64,000 nucleotides of DNA from positions 1 through 64,000 of the forward strand of contig CAWDGJ010000006.1 of NCBI GenBank assembly GCA_963801815.1, read 5' to 3'. Positions within the stretch are counted from its first letter, which is position 1. Every line of letters begins with the position of its first letter. Shown in pieces: positions 31,856-42,285 of this stretch. The position numbers were made by a program, and so were the translations under genes. The DNA comes from an uncultured Verrucomicrobiae bacterium. GTDB taxonomy: Bacteria; Verrucomicrobiota; Verrucomicrobiia; Chthoniobacterales; UBA10450. The notes below the pieces were generated by a model. That model did not search any database and was not told the origin of the DNA. It saw only the letters and a list, made by a program, of their open reading frames with translations.

Positions 31856-32863
31856 ATGAAAACAATCAGCCATAACCTTTCTGTTGGCGCCGCCGTAGCT
31901 TGCGCCGCGCTTTTCTTCGTTCCCTCACCTGCCTCAAGTGATGGGCTATCCGATTTCTTGACCAAATTCAATCCCGCCGAGCCCTGTGATTGGAGCGGAG
32001 TGTATTTAGGTTTGAATGTCGGCGGCAGTTGGAACCAATTCGATATAGGCGACCACCGCACCGATGTCGATTTGGCACAGCAATTCTACGAGCTCCTCGG
32101 TGACACGGAAGAGGAATCGATTTTCACAACATTTCACACAACCGGCCATGAGGACACCCAGAGCCAAGTTATCGGCGGTATGCAGGCTGGCGTGAATTTT
32201 CAGTTCGGACACTTCGTATTTGGCGGCGAGGGCAGCTTCATTGGGAATGTCAGTCAATCCACGAAGAGGAATGAAGAATTCCAGGAGAATGAAATCTTCC
32301 TGATCACTGAACAGGAATTCGTGACCGCCGAGACCTTGTTTCACGACGTGCGCACTGCGGAAATGCTCTGGAACGGTTTTGTCGGCGGCCGCCTTGGTTA
32401 TTGCTGGAACCGGTTCCTTTTTTACGGAACCGGCGGCGCTTCCTTTGCGCGCGTGGATGTCGATTCTACGCAGAGAGCAGACACCGCGTTTTTTGGATTC
32501 ATCGGCGACGGCACAGCGGCAGCGCTGGCGGCGCATACTAAGACCCGTGACGTCGCAAACCAGCACGCTGTAAGTCCGCAGCAAGGTTCCTTCCTCGGCG
32601 AGATTGTTAACAGCAAGAATCGTTCGGAAAGCGACCTGATGACCGGTTATTACGGTGGCGTGGGCACGGAGTACAAACTCACTAACAACGTCAGCGTTGG
32701 CGTGGAGTATCGCCATGTCGATTGGGGCAATAACACCGCTAACTTAGCGCCGGGACCAAATAACGGACCGGTGTTTCCGGGCGATTTCGATCTCGGTCTG
32801 ACCGGCGACCAGGTGGTGTTCAAGGTGAACATCATGGTCGCGCATTTCAATCCGTTCCATTAG
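31856..32863 (+). CDS. Outer membrane beta-barrel protein (Omp25/RopB-like)
   Basis: Signal peptide; DWSGVYLGLNVGG, GRLGY, FYGTGG, VEYRHVD. Confidence 0.8.
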   Translation: MKTISHNLSVGAAVACAALFFVPSPASSDGLSDFLTKFNPAEPCDWSGVYLGLNVGGSWNQFDIGDHRTDVDLAQQFYELLGDTEEESIFTTFHTTGHEDTQSQVIGGMQAGVNFQFGHFVFGGEGSFIGNVSQSTKRNEEFQENEIFLITEQEFVTAETLFHDVRTAEMLWNGFVGGRLGYCWNRFLFYGTGGASFARVDVDSTQRADTAFFGFIGDGTAAALAAHTKTRDVANQHAVSPQQGSFLGEIVNSKNRSESDLMTGYYGGVGTEYKLTNNVSVGVEYRHVDWGNNTANLAPGPNNGPVFPGDFDLGLTGDQVVFKVNIMVAHFNPFH

Positions 32864-32926
32864 GAGCGGAGCGTCCGGACGAGCGTCTCGCTTACCACAG
32901 CGCGGATCGCGTGCTAGATTTTCGGC

Positions 32927-33499
32927 GTGCAAAGCACGGCCGCGATTCTTCTGCGCAAACGCAAGTTTAGCGATACCAGCCTGATTGTTTCATGGTGCAC
33001 CGAATCGTTAGGCTGCATTCAAACTATGGCCAAAGGCGCCCGCCGGGCCAAGACGCCTTTCGCAGGCAAGCTCGATCTCTTCTTTGAATCGGAGATCTCG
33101 GTTGTGCCGAGTCGCAAATCGACCCTGCACACGTTGACGGAAGTTGTGGTCACGAACCCGTTCGCCGGGATCCGTCAAAATTATCTGCGCACGCAGGCCG
33201 CGGCCTATTTCGTAGAGTTGATCGAGATTTGCACCGAGCGAGATCATCACGACCCCGAGCTATACTTGCTCTTACGGCGCGCGTTCGGTTATCTCGACCA
33301 GAATAATCCTAACCTGCGCGCGATTTCGCATTTCGAAACGGAGTTATCCCGCATTGCCGGTGTCCACGATACAAGAAAATTGAGCGCTGATCCTGCGTTC
33401 GCGCTCGGCAATCTGTTCGGAAGATTGCCGCTTTCGCGCACACCGCTCTTGAAAACGCTCGCATCCGAGACGAAAACCAAGGCAAAGGAGTTGGCATGA
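32927..33499 (+). CDS. recO: DNA repair protein RecO
   Basis: AILLRKRKFSDTSLIV, AKGARR...FAGKLDLF, HFE. Confidence 0.88.
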   Translation: MQSTAAILLRKRKFSDTSLIVSWCTESLGCIQTMAKGARRAKTPFAGKLDLFFESEISVVPSRKSTLHTLTEVVVTNPFAGIRQNYLRTQAAAYFVELIEICTERDHHDPELYLLLRRAFGYLDQNNPNLRAISHFETELSRIAGVHDTRKLSADPAFALGNLFGRLPLSRTPLLKTLASETKTKAKELA

Positions 33500-34074
33500 A
33501 ATCACGAATTGTTGCAGGGGCGATCCTGCTGATGGCGGTCCACGGGTCGGCGTTTGCGAATGAAATCTACAAATTCGATCAATCGCGTTCCAAAATTGGA
33601 TTTTCCGTTCATCAATTCCTTGGTACAACCAACGGCAAATTCACCAAATTTGACGGCAAGATCGAAATCGACCGCGAACATCCGGAGAACTCGTCGGTAA
33701 CGGCGCGGATCGACATCCGTAGCATCGATACCGGGATCGTTAAACGCGACAATCATTTGCGAAGCGCCGAATTTTTCAACGTCGAGAAATATCCGCTGGT
33801 CGCTTTCAAGAGCCGCAGCGTCAAACAGACTGGCGCACAGGCGGGCGATATTGTGGGAGATCTCACCATGCACGGCGTGACGAAGCCAATTACTCTGCAC
33901 GTCAAACTATTGACGTCACCTGGCGACGCCAAACAAACTCGCTGGTCGGTGACGACCGATCCGCTGATGCGGCGTGATTTTAATTTAATGTTTTCGCAGG
34001 CCGCCGAAACAATGTCGGGAATCAGCCAGACCGTCGCGATCGACATCGAGATCGAAGCGACCCAAGGGCAGTGA
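33496..34074 (+). CDS. YceI family protein
   Basis: Signal peptide; SIDTG..KRDNHLRSAEFF, GDLTMHGVTKPI. Confidence 0.93.
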   Translation: MKSRIVAGAILLMAVHGSAFANEIYKFDQSRSKIGFSVHQFLGTTNGKFTKFDGKIEIDREHPENSSVTARIDIRSIDTGIVKRDNHLRSAEFFNVEKYPLVAFKSRSVKQTGAQAGDIVGDLTMHGVTKPITLHVKLLTSPGDAKQTRWSVTTDPLMRRDFNLMFSQAAETMSGISQTVAIDIEIEATQGQ

Positions 34075-34075
34075 A

Positions 34076-34318
34076 ATGCTGATGATTCCGATTCTGACCT
34101 GGCTGGGGATCAGTTGTTGGGGGGTTTGCTTCTGGTGGATGCATCGCATTTCTTTCCGACAGGACGCGATGCTGAAAGAACTTCATGAAATGACTCAACG
34201 AATCGAACGACTTTCAGAAGCTGAACATGATTTGATTCGCGACGTCCATCCACAGGTTGGCGAAATCAAAGAACATGTGGAGACGGTCAAAGAGATCGTT
34301 TCACCAGGTAAAGGCTAG
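34076..34318 (+). CDS. Small membrane-anchored hypothetical protein
   Basis: TM helix followed by a coiled-coil-like segment; fits between yceI and pxpB. Confidence 0.6.
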   Translation: MLMIPILTWLGISCWGVCFWWMHRISFRQDAMLKELHEMTQRIERLSEAEHDLIRDVHPQVGEIKEHVETVKEIVSPGKG

Positions 34319-34332
34319 GTTCGCAATTTTTC

Positions 34333-35046
34333 ATGGAAGTTACGCCGCTTGGAGATTCCGCGGTGCTCGTTCGTGTCGCGGAAGATTTCTACAACGAGCC
34401 TGAGCGCGCACTGGAACAAGTTTTGGCGGCGCAACGTCGCCTCACAGCCGCGAAGATTCCCGGGATAATCGGGCTAGTCCCGGCCTACACAACGATTGCA
34501 CTTTTTTACGATCCGCCAGCTGTCATGGAGGCCGGGGCGACTACCGACAATGTCTTTGGCTGGCTTGATCAACGCATTCGCGACGCGCTTTCGAAACGAG
34601 AAGAAACGAGTGCTCAACCGGTCCAATCATCCGTGATTGAGATTCCGGTTTGTTACGACAAAGAGTTTGCGTTCGATCTCGACGATGTCGCGCGACGCGC
34701 CACCCTCAGTCCGGACGAAGTGATCGCGGTCCATTCTGGGGCCGAATACCGCGTTCATTGTATCGGATTCACTGGCGGATTCCCATTTCTTGGCGGTTTA
34801 CCGCGCGAGCTCGCCACGCCGCGTCGAGAAAGCCCGCGCAAGGAAATTCCTGTTGGCTCGGTTGGCATCGGCGGAAAACAAACTGGGATTTATCCGATTA
34901 AATCGCCCGGCGGCTGGAACATTATAGGCCGCACGCCCTTGCAATTGTTCGATCCGGGAAAAAATCCGCCGGCGCTCTTGCGCGTCGGCGATCGCGTCCG
35001 GCTCCGTGCCATTAGTCGCGACGAATTTGAAAGATCGATATCGTGA
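34333..35046 (+). CDS. pxpB: 5-oxoprolinase subunit PxpB
   Basis: PLGDSA, VPAYTT, IPVCY, GFTGGFPFL, YPIKSPGGWNIIGRTP. Confidence 0.93.
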   Translation: MEVTPLGDSAVLVRVAEDFYNEPERALEQVLAAQRRLTAAKIPGIIGLVPAYTTIALFYDPPAVMEAGATTDNVFGWLDQRIRDALSKREETSAQPVQSSVIEIPVCYDKEFAFDLDDVARRATLSPDEVIAVHSGAEYRVHCIGFTGGFPFLGGLPRELATPRRESPRKEIPVGSVGIGGKQTGIYPIKSPGGWNIIGRTPLQLFDPGKNPPALLRVGDRVRLRAISRDEFERSIS

Positions 35047-36029
35047 AAGCGACGGCGATTCGCGCGGGTTTTTTAACGAGCGTCCAGGATTCCGGGCGCG
35101 CAGGTCTTCGCGAATTTGGCGTCTCGTCGGGCGGCGCACTCGACCCGCACGCATTGCGCGTGGCAAATCTATTGGTTGGTAATGAAGAATCAGCCGCTGG
35201 TCTGGAAATCACATTTGGCGGAATGCGACTGCGGTTCGTCGACGATCGGATTGTCGCGTGGTGTGGCGGCGATTTTGACGGGCGCGTTGGTTTGAATGCT
35301 CTCCCTTCCGGTCATCCCGCTTTAGTACAGGCCGGCGAAGATTTTTCCATAGAATCGCCGACAATCGGCTGCCGGGCATGGCTCGCCGTGTCTGGCGGAA
35401 TCGACGTGCCGATCGTTCTCGGGAGCCGCTCGGCGGATCTGAAAGCTGGATTCGGTGGATTGAGCGGCCGGCCGGCGCGCGACGGGGACCAGTTCCCTCT
35501 CGGCGAAAATTCGGAAAAGGCACGAAAACTCATCGAAAAGCTGCGCGGCGGAAAAATCGCATCCTGGAAACCGCCGCACGATTGGTCAAGCACAGCTCGC
35601 CGTAAACCTGTATTGCGCTTCATCCGCGGCGTGGACTCGGGGCGCTGCGTTCCCGCAGCGCTGAAGATCTTCGGGAGTGAAAGCTTTTTTGTCTCACCGG
35701 ATTCGGATCGAATGGGGGTTCGGCTCGAAGGTCCGAGCCTTGAACGGAGTGACGAGGTCGATCTACTTTCGGAAGCGGTCGCACCGGGTACGATCCAGGT
35801 GCCGCCTAATGGCAAACCGATTCTATTGCTGAATGATTGCCAGACTATTGGTGGCTATCCGAAACTCGCGCACGTGATCACTGTCGATCTTCCAGTCGCG
35901 GCGCAATTGAGGCCGGCCGACGTTGTCCGATTCAGCGAAGTCTCGCTCGCGGACGCGCATCGTGCATTGGCAGGACGGGAGCGAGACCTGGAACAGTTTC
36001 GTTGCGGAATCGAATCGCACTTTCAATGA
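35043..36029 (+). CDS. pxpC: 5-oxoprolinase subunit PxpC (biotin-dependent carboxyltransferase family)
   Basis: SVQDSGR, ANLLVGN, SDRMGVRL, GTIQVP, QTIGGYPK. Confidence 0.92.
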   Translation: MKATAIRAGFLTSVQDSGRAGLREFGVSSGGALDPHALRVANLLVGNEESAAGLEITFGGMRLRFVDDRIVAWCGGDFDGRVGLNALPSGHPALVQAGEDFSIESPTIGCRAWLAVSGGIDVPIVLGSRSADLKAGFGGLSGRPARDGDQFPLGENSEKARKLIEKLRGGKIASWKPPHDWSSTARRKPVLRFIRGVDSGRCVPAALKIFGSESFFVSPDSDRMGVRLEGPSLERSDEVDLLSEAVAPGTIQVPPNGKPILLLNDCQTIGGYPKLAHVITVDLPVAAQLRPADVVRFSEVSLADAHRALAGRERDLEQFRCGIESHFQ

Positions 36030-36784
36030 GCTTGGTTGTCGATCTTAACGCCGACTTGGGCGAAGGCGCCGGTCACGACGTCGAGCTGCTGGCGCTGGTG
36101 ACATCCGCCAACATTGCTTGTGGATTTCATGCCGGGGATGCCGATACAATCCGCGCATCGATCGAAGCCGCGCGCTCTCGCAATGTCGCGGTTGGTGCGC
36201 ATCCAAGTCTTTTCGATCGAGAAAATTTTGGGCGTAAGGAATTGCCGGTAAAACCGGCCGAGGTTTTTGACGCAGTCGTTTATCAGCTGGGAATTTTTGC
36301 GGCAATCGCCGAGGCCGCGGGCGTTCGCCCGAACCACGTCAAGCCTCATGGAGCGCTTTACAACATGGCGGCGCGCGATATCGAGCTTGCGGACGCAATC
36401 GCGCGCGCGGTCGCGAGGGTGGACGCCACACTGATTTTCTTTGCGCCGGTAAACAGCGCGCTTGCGCGAGCGGGCGAAACGCACGGACTTCAGATTGCGC
36501 ACGAAGTTTTCGCCGACCGCAACTATTGCCAAGATGGATCGCTGGTTTCCCGTTCGCGGCCGGACGCCTTACTCCACGATCCTGCTGAGACTGCGCCGCG
36601 GGTCTTGCGAATGTTGCGCGAAGGCAAAGTTACGTCGGTCGATGGAGTGGATGTCGCTGTTCGCGCGGAGACAATTTGTTTGCACGGCGACAATCCCGAA
36701 GCGGTCGAGTTCGCGCGCGCCTTGCGGTCGCGTCTGGAGACAGAAGGCGTCACTTTTCGGCCGCCGCGATTTGTTAAGAAGTGA
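36026..36784 (+). CDS. pxpA: 5-oxoprolinase subunit PxpA (LamB/YcsF)
   Basis: DLNADLGEG, SANIACGFHAGD, HVKPHGALYN, EVFADRNY, CLHGD. Confidence 0.95.
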   Translation: MSLVVDLNADLGEGAGHDVELLALVTSANIACGFHAGDADTIRASIEAARSRNVAVGAHPSLFDRENFGRKELPVKPAEVFDAVVYQLGIFAAIAEAAGVRPNHVKPHGALYNMAARDIELADAIARAVARVDATLIFFAPVNSALARAGETHGLQIAHEVFADRNYCQDGSLVSRSRPDALLHDPAETAPRVLRMLREGKVTSVDGVDVAVRAETICLHGDNPEAVEFARALRSRLETEGVTFRPPRFVKK

Positions 36785-38277
36785 GCGGCGAACGATCACA
36801 ATCCGGTTTGGTGCGCGCACTTGGGCCGGTCGACGCCACAATGATTGTGGTTGGCTCGATGATCGGCTCGGGAATCTTTATCACTTCGGCCGAGTCGGCG
36901 CGTTTGAGCGGCGGGCCCGGCTGGCTCCTGCTCGCGTGGACGATTGCCGGCTTGCTGACAATTACCGGAGCGCTGTGTTGTTCGGAGCTGGCAACCATGA
37001 TGCCTCGCGCGGGCGGCGTTTATGTATTCTTCCGCGAAGCCTACGGTCCGGCGATGGGCTTTTTGTACGGCTGGACGTTGTTTCTGGTTATTCAAACCGG
37101 AACGATCGCGGCGGTGGCGATCGCCTTTGCCAAATTTCTCGGCGTGTTCGTGCCGTCGATCTCGCCCGACAATTACCTGCTTACCGACAAACCGATTTCT
37201 TTAGGCGGTGGCTACGCGATCAGTTTGTCGACTCAGCAGCTCGCGGCGATTGGGTTGATCGGACTTTTGACCTGGACAAATACGCGCGGCCTGAAGCTGG
37301 GCACATTGGTGCAAAACGTATTTACATTCGCGAAGACCGCGGCGCTAATCGGCCTGGTCGTTCTGGGAATTTTTCTTGGTTGGAGTGCGACCAGCGCCGC
37401 GCGGACGTCGGCGTGGTGGGATTCGTGGGCCAATGGTTGGAATCCTCAACTGGTGCAACCCGGCCTCACTTTAACTGGCGGACTCGCGCTTGTATTGCTC
37501 TTTGGAAAATCGATGGTTGGGCCGCTATTCGCCCAGACTGCCTGGACAAATGTCACATTTCTCGGCAGCGAAGTGCGCGATCCCGGCCGCAATCTTGTCC
37601 GCGCGTTGCTGATTGGTTCTGGAATTGTCGTGATTCTCTACGTCTTGGCGAACTTTTCTTACCTCGCGCTGCTGTCGTTTTCAGAAATCCAACACGCTCC
37701 ACAGGATCGTGTTGCCGTCGCCGCAATGAAAACTGCGTTCGGAAATCCCGGCGCGATGTGCATGGCTGCGGCGATCTTGATTTCGACCTTTGGTTGCAAT
37801 AACGGACTGATCCTCGCCGGGGCGCGCGTCTATTTTGCGATGGCACGCGATCGTTTGTTTTTCCGAAGAGTTGCGACAACGAATCGGTATCACGTTCCCG
37901 CGATGGCACTCATCGCGCAGGGCATTTGGACGGCGCTTCTCACTTTACCGAGAACCGTGACCGCGAACGCCGTGACGCAAAAAGTCTCTTACGGAAACAT
38001 CTACACTCAGCTGCTGGAATACATCGTCTCGGCCGATCTGGTTTTTTACGTCTTGATGGTCGCCGCGGTAATGGTCTTGCGCCGAACAACACCGGATGCA
38101 GATCGCCCATATCGTACCTGGGGATATCCAGTCGTGGCGATTACCTCAATGCTCTTGGCGGCGTTGCTAACTATCGATCTTGCGTTCCTCGCCCCGGGGA
38201 CATCCGGAATCGGAATCCTAATCGTGCTGAGTGGCGTGCCGATTTATTTCTTGTGGCGCAGGGCGGCGTCGATTTGA
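36781..38277 (+). CDS. APC-family amino acid permease
   Basis: VGSMIGSGIF, MPRAGGVYVF, FAMARD, RPYRTWGYP. Confidence 0.92.
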   Translation: MSGERSQSGLVRALGPVDATMIVVGSMIGSGIFITSAESARLSGGPGWLLLAWTIAGLLTITGALCCSELATMMPRAGGVYVFFREAYGPAMGFLYGWTLFLVIQTGTIAAVAIAFAKFLGVFVPSISPDNYLLTDKPISLGGGYAISLSTQQLAAIGLIGLLTWTNTRGLKLGTLVQNVFTFAKTAALIGLVVLGIFLGWSATSAARTSAWWDSWANGWNPQLVQPGLTLTGGLALVLLFGKSMVGPLFAQTAWTNVTFLGSEVRDPGRNLVRALLIGSGIVVILYVLANFSYLALLSFSEIQHAPQDRVAVAAMKTAFGNPGAMCMAAAILISTFGCNNGLILAGARVYFAMARDRLFFRRVATTNRYHVPAMALIAQGIWTALLTLPRTVTANAVTQKVSYGNIYTQLLEYIVSADLVFYVLMVAAVMVLRRTTPDADRPYRTWGYPVVAITSMLLAALLTIDLAFLAPGTSGIGILIVLSGVPIYFLWRRAASI

Positions 38278-38316
38278 CGAATCCATTTCAGAACGCAGGC
38301 GCGAAATAATATTGTC

Positions 38317-38508
38317 ATGCCTGCAAGATCAAAGAAGCAACAAATGGCGGCCGGTGCAGCACTGGCCGCGAAACGTGGGCGGCGCTCGAAGTCTTCACTC
38401 CGCGGCGCATCGCGCCAAATGTACAAGTCCATGAGCCGGAAAGAACTTCGTCGGGTCGCTAAGACAAAGCGCAAAGGTCTGCCGACCCGGAAGCGCAAAC
38501 GAAAATAA
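38317..38508 (+). CDS. DUF3008 family small basic protein
   Basis: MPARSKKQQMAAGAALAAKRG...TKRKGLP. Confidence 0.85.
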   Translation: MPARSKKQQMAAGAALAAKRGRRSKSSLRGASRQMYKSMSRKELRRVAKTKRKGLPTRKRKRK

Positions 38509-38519
38509 GTCGCGGGGAT

Positions 38520-40010
38520 TTATTGAATCGCCGGCCGATGGAAGAAATTATATCGGCTGGAAAATGCCGGTGCGTTCATCGATAATTGCCAGCTCCCGGC
38601 AAGCAATACGATCGCGCCGAGCAAAACCCATCGCGCCCACTCTCGCTTCGTCCAGCTGGCGATTTGCTCGATTGCGTAGGCGAACAACAGAAAAAACGGA
38701 ACAGCGGCGCCGTTCAACAAACGGCCGGAAGTGAAGTAGGGATGAGGGCGAGATGGATAAACGCACTGACCGAAATCGTACCGGATTGATAGCAAGACCA
38801 AAAAGCCGATCAACGATAAGAAACTCAAGAGCGCAAACCAAAGGCTGCTTTTCGAATCGATTCGCCGGCGTGTGACCAGGCTATAAATTGCGATACCCAG
38901 GACGATCGTTGATGCAGTCCAGTAAAATGCGTCGCTCCACCAGCTCGCCATCCGTTCGTGGTGCCAGATGAATTCGCCGCGCCAGAAACTCGCAATCAAT
39001 TCAGGCCAAAATTCCTTTAGACCCTGTAAGCTGAAAATCGGATGTGACCACCAAGCGACAAATGGTTTCGCCGTCCAACCTAAAATCTGGATCTTGGATT
39101 TGGTCGCGGTAAGGTCACCGAAGTGTTTTTGATTCCACGCGAACCAGATAGCGAGCGGCACTCCAATGGAAACGGCGAAAGCCCCGACAATCGACAATCC
39201 GCCTTGTGCCGTTTTCTGACGGATGAGCTGGGCGGCTTTGTAAATCACAGCGGCAGCGACCACGGGGAGTAGCGGGAGATTCGCGGTTTTGACCAGACAT
39301 GTTGCGGCGAGCGCCAGACCGAGCCAAATCGCGAGCGCAATCGATGGCCGTTCCGATCGCAGCATCTTCGCAAGCGCAATGAACGCGATCGCGAAAAGCA
39401 CAGGCGACAACGAATCGCCCTGAACCGAGTAAAAGGAAGTCTGCGGCCAGATCGACAGCAGCATCGCCGTCGCGGGGGCGGCAAACTCGCTGTTCGGAAA
39501 AATAACTCGCGCTGCGGTGTATCCGAGCCAGACCAACAAAGTCGCGAAGACAACGTTTAGGAAACGAATCCAATAAAGCAAAGGCAAACCGCGCAAACCG
39601 AAGGCGGCTCCAAGGTTAAGCCACTGTCCGGCAGCCGCGTAGTAAAGAGGCGGTTCGCCCGATTCATGATTTGGTCGCGCCTGCCACATCTGACTCGCTG
39701 CTTCGAGCACCTGCTCGCGTTCCTCTGCCGGCAAAGTCCAAACGGGTGGGCCGTAAGGTTCCTTATTTGGATCGAGGAAATATTCCGGCGAGCTATAGTA
39801 AACGAAATAACGGGCAGATTCAGCGGAATAGTTTTCGATACCGTGGGGCACTTTTCCGTGTGAGTATTTTAAGACCAGATCAACATGGGCTCGCTCGTCG
39901 ACATTGTTGAATAGCGGGAATCCGGCCGAGAAAATGAGAACGCGCGCTGCGGTTAGGATGCAACTAAGCGCCACGATTCGCGGCGCGAGGCGCGAGGGCG
40001 GCTCGTCCAT
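38520..40010 (-). CDS. DUF2142/GT-C type membrane glycosyltransferase candidate
   Basis: DERAH, EPPLYY motifs; many TM helices; ATG 40010 chosen. Confidence 0.7.
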   Translation of the reverse strand: MDEPPSRLAPRIVALSCILTAARVLIFSAGFPLFNNVDERAHVDLVLKYSHGKVPHGIENYSAESARYFVYYSSPEYFLDPNKEPYGPPVWTLPAEEREQVLEAASQMWQARPNHESGEPPLYYAAAGQWLNLGAAFGLRGLPLLYWIRFLNVVFATLLVWLGYTAARVIFPNSEFAAPATAMLLSIWPQTSFYSVQGDSLSPVLFAIAFIALAKMLRSERPSIALAIWLGLALAATCLVKTANLPLLPVVAAAVIYKAAQLIRQKTAQGGLSIVGAFAVSIGVPLAIWFAWNQKHFGDLTATKSKIQILGWTAKPFVAWWSHPIFSLQGLKEFWPELIASFWRGEFIWHHERMASWWSDAFYWTASTIVLGIAIYSLVTRRRIDSKSSLWFALLSFLSLIGFLVLLSIRYDFGQCVYPSRPHPYFTSGRLLNGAAVPFFLLFAYAIEQIASWTKREWARWVLLGAIVLLAGSWQLSMNAPAFSSRYNFFHRPAIQ

Positions 40011-40042
40011 TGTCTTTGAAGAAGAGGTGAGTTCGGGTGGCC

Positions 40043-41569
40043 TTATTTTATTTTTCGGTAGATCAAAAATCGGGTGAGCTTTGTTGCTGTCCAATATTGG
40101 TAAACATCTGGCTCCGGAACGTTATCGAAGCGATCCGAGTCGTGCACGGATAACGTCACAGTCTCATAGTTTGATTTGATGGATTCAGGAACGGCAAGCT
40201 GTCGCTCGAGCAATCCGGACGCGCTTTGCGGCAGTATCCAATCCGGCAAAGCTTGAGGTGTAGCAATCCGCGCATCGATGACACCCAAGCCGGTGTAGAA
40301 GATCAGCGGGAATTCAGGATCCGGAACCCAGACGATCTCTCCAGCCTTGGCGTTACTGGAGAAAAAACTGAGCACATCGGAAAAGGCGTCCGTGTAAGTG
40401 TGGTTAAGGCTGGTAACAAATTCAACGATGGGAGCGCGCCAGTAATGTTGCTTATTTAAACCCAACGCAGTCACGATCGGTACGACATTCGTGGTCGTTT
40501 GAAGCGCGAGAACTGTGGCAATCGCAGCTTTAAACCGAACGTATCGAAACAACCATGCTGCAGTGAGCAAACAGCCGACCGGCAGCAGCGGCAGCAGATA
40601 TCGCAGTTCAGGCTCCAGCGCCAGAAGGGGGATGAAGTATCCGATCATCAGAATGCCGCACGCTTTTTCCAGTTTTAAAACACTGGCGTTGAGATCCGCG
40701 TGCTTGGCGGAACGTCGAACAAGGAGCGACGATAGCGGCAACAACAAGAATATCCACGGAATGAAGTGGAAATGCCATTCGCCAAAATAATAGAGGACGT
40801 TTGAGAGCAGGTTCTCGTGAGTGACCGCCTTGGCTTGCTGCCACGGTCGCGCATAGAGCAGCCATGGCAGGGCCGCGGCGGCGGTGAGTGCAACCACTGC
40901 CGCTAGCTTTTTCAGAACTTCGGCTTCTTTACGATTTAACCAGCTCAGCGCTAACAACAGGGGAAAATTCGCTATGACCAAAACAAAGTTCGTATAGAAT
41001 TGCAGGACCAGGGCAATGACCATTAACCATGGCGCGGTCTTTCGTTTTTCCAGCAACTCGAATGCGCCATACACCAACAGGATTTCAGCGGCTACCGTAA
41101 TCGAGTAATAGCGACATTGACGCGCGTGCAGCAAAAACACTTCGGAGGTCGCGATCAGCAACAGACTGGCGACTGCCACAAAATGTCCGCGATAAATTCG
41201 AAACGCAACCAAACCGAGCAGCGCCACACTAAGCCATGCGATTGCCGCGAATGGCGCGCGGCTTGACCAAGTGGATTCACCGAAGGCGAGAAACGACCCG
41301 GCGGTGAGGTATTCCTGTAACCAGGGTGCCCATGTCCAAACGTGCGCCGTATTTTCATCGCGATATCGGCCGAGCACGGTTATGTGGTTGAGTCCATCCA
41401 CTGTTTTTGGGATTCCGAAAAGCAGAACATTTCTTGTTAGCAACGCTGTTTCCGCCTCGTCTCCCCATAAAAGTTTGCGATCCAGATGGCGAAACAGAAG
41501 AAAGAAACTCAGCGCGAGAACAAGAATGTATTCGACCAGAATCAAACGCCGGGCTGACCACGCCGTCAT
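40043..41569 (-). CDS. Glycosyltransferase family 39 (ArnT-like) membrane protein
   Basis: LWGDEA, GESTWSSRAP, RQCRYY, RYLLP. Confidence 0.75.
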   Translation of the reverse strand: MTAWSARRLILVEYILVLALSFFLLFRHLDRKLLWGDEAETALLTRNVLLFGIPKTVDGLNHITVLGRYRDENTAHVWTWAPWLQEYLTAGSFLAFGESTWSSRAPFAAIAWLSVALLGLVAFRIYRGHFVAVASLLLIATSEVFLLHARQCRYYSITVAAEILLVYGAFELLEKRKTAPWLMVIALVLQFYTNFVLVIANFPLLLALSWLNRKEAEVLKKLAAVVALTAAAALPWLLYARPWQQAKAVTHENLLSNVLYYFGEWHFHFIPWIFLLLPLSSLLVRRSAKHADLNASVLKLEKACGILMIGYFIPLLALEPELRYLLPLLPVGCLLTAAWLFRYVRFKAAIATVLALQTTTNVVPIVTALGLNKQHYWRAPIVEFVTSLNHTYTDAFSDVLSFFSSNAKAGEIVWVPDPEFPLIFYTGLGVIDARIATPQALPDWILPQSASGLLERQLAVPESIKSNYETVTLSVHDSDRFDNVPEPDVYQYWTATKLTRFLIYRKIK

Positions 41570-41588
41570 AAATGGGGCCGAAGTTTTT

Positions 41589-42224
41589 TCAGAATAAGTC
41601 CACTAGGACTATATCATTTCTGTGATCACCGGTTCTCTTGAGATGGAATCCGTCTTTCGCCGCGCCGTAGTTACTGGCGTGCTCGACCAGTCCGACGCCT
41701 TTCTTCCAAACAAACTTACTGTAATGCCCTGAATTGTGAGTCGTGACATAAGTGCACTCGTCGCCTTTGACTTCAATCTTCGTGGTGTAGGGGCCTTCCT
41801 CGAATTCCATCTTCCCGCTCGCGATTGCGCGGATGTCGCCTTGCTCGAATTCTGGCGGCTTGTCTGTTGCGGCTAATTTTTTCGCTGCGGCTTCATTGTC
41901 CTCTTCGTTCAAGAGGTAAATGTGATCGTCGGTTGCGATGAAATATTGTGGTTGGATCTCACGCTTTTGCTTGGCCCGCGATTTTAGGCCGATAAACCCG
42001 ATCTTGAAAACTGCGCCCCATGGCATGCTCACAATGCGCGTCGTGACCATGCACGCGGTGAGCGGAATGTCGCCATTGATGTATTCGTCATTCCATTCGG
42101 TGCCGCGAAAATTCGCCAACATCGGTTTGTCATCTTTCGCTTCGAGAAATGGATTCGCCGCGAAAGCCGACGTAGCCAGCAAGATCGACATCATCGGAAG
42201 CAAACCCCGAAGTGAAGTTCTCAT
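41589..42224 (-). CDS. Secreted hypothetical protein
   Basis: Signal peptide (SAFA-A); WKKGVGLV motif near the C-terminus. Confidence 0.65.
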   Translation of the reverse strand: MRTSLRGLLPMMSILLATSAFAANPFLEAKDDKPMLANFRGTEWNDEYINGDIPLTACMVTTRIVSMPWGAVFKIGFIGLKSRAKQKREIQPQYFIATDDHIYLLNEEDNEAAAKKLAATDKPPEFEQGDIRAIASGKMEFEEGPYTTKIEVKGDECTYVTTHNSGHYSKFVWKKGVGLVEHASNYGAAKDGFHLKRTGDHRNDIVLVDLF

Positions 42225-42285
42225 GCTCGAATGCTAACAGGAGTTGTCTTGACACTGCACGGAAGAAATTCTCAATCTGGATTTT

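Noticed and set aside
36462..37802. 446-aa alternative-frame ORF and similar long shadow ORFs (e.g. 47531-48667, 56018-57046)
   Set aside because: They overlap well-supported genes, are Arg-rich and motif-free, as expected for GC-rich shadow frames
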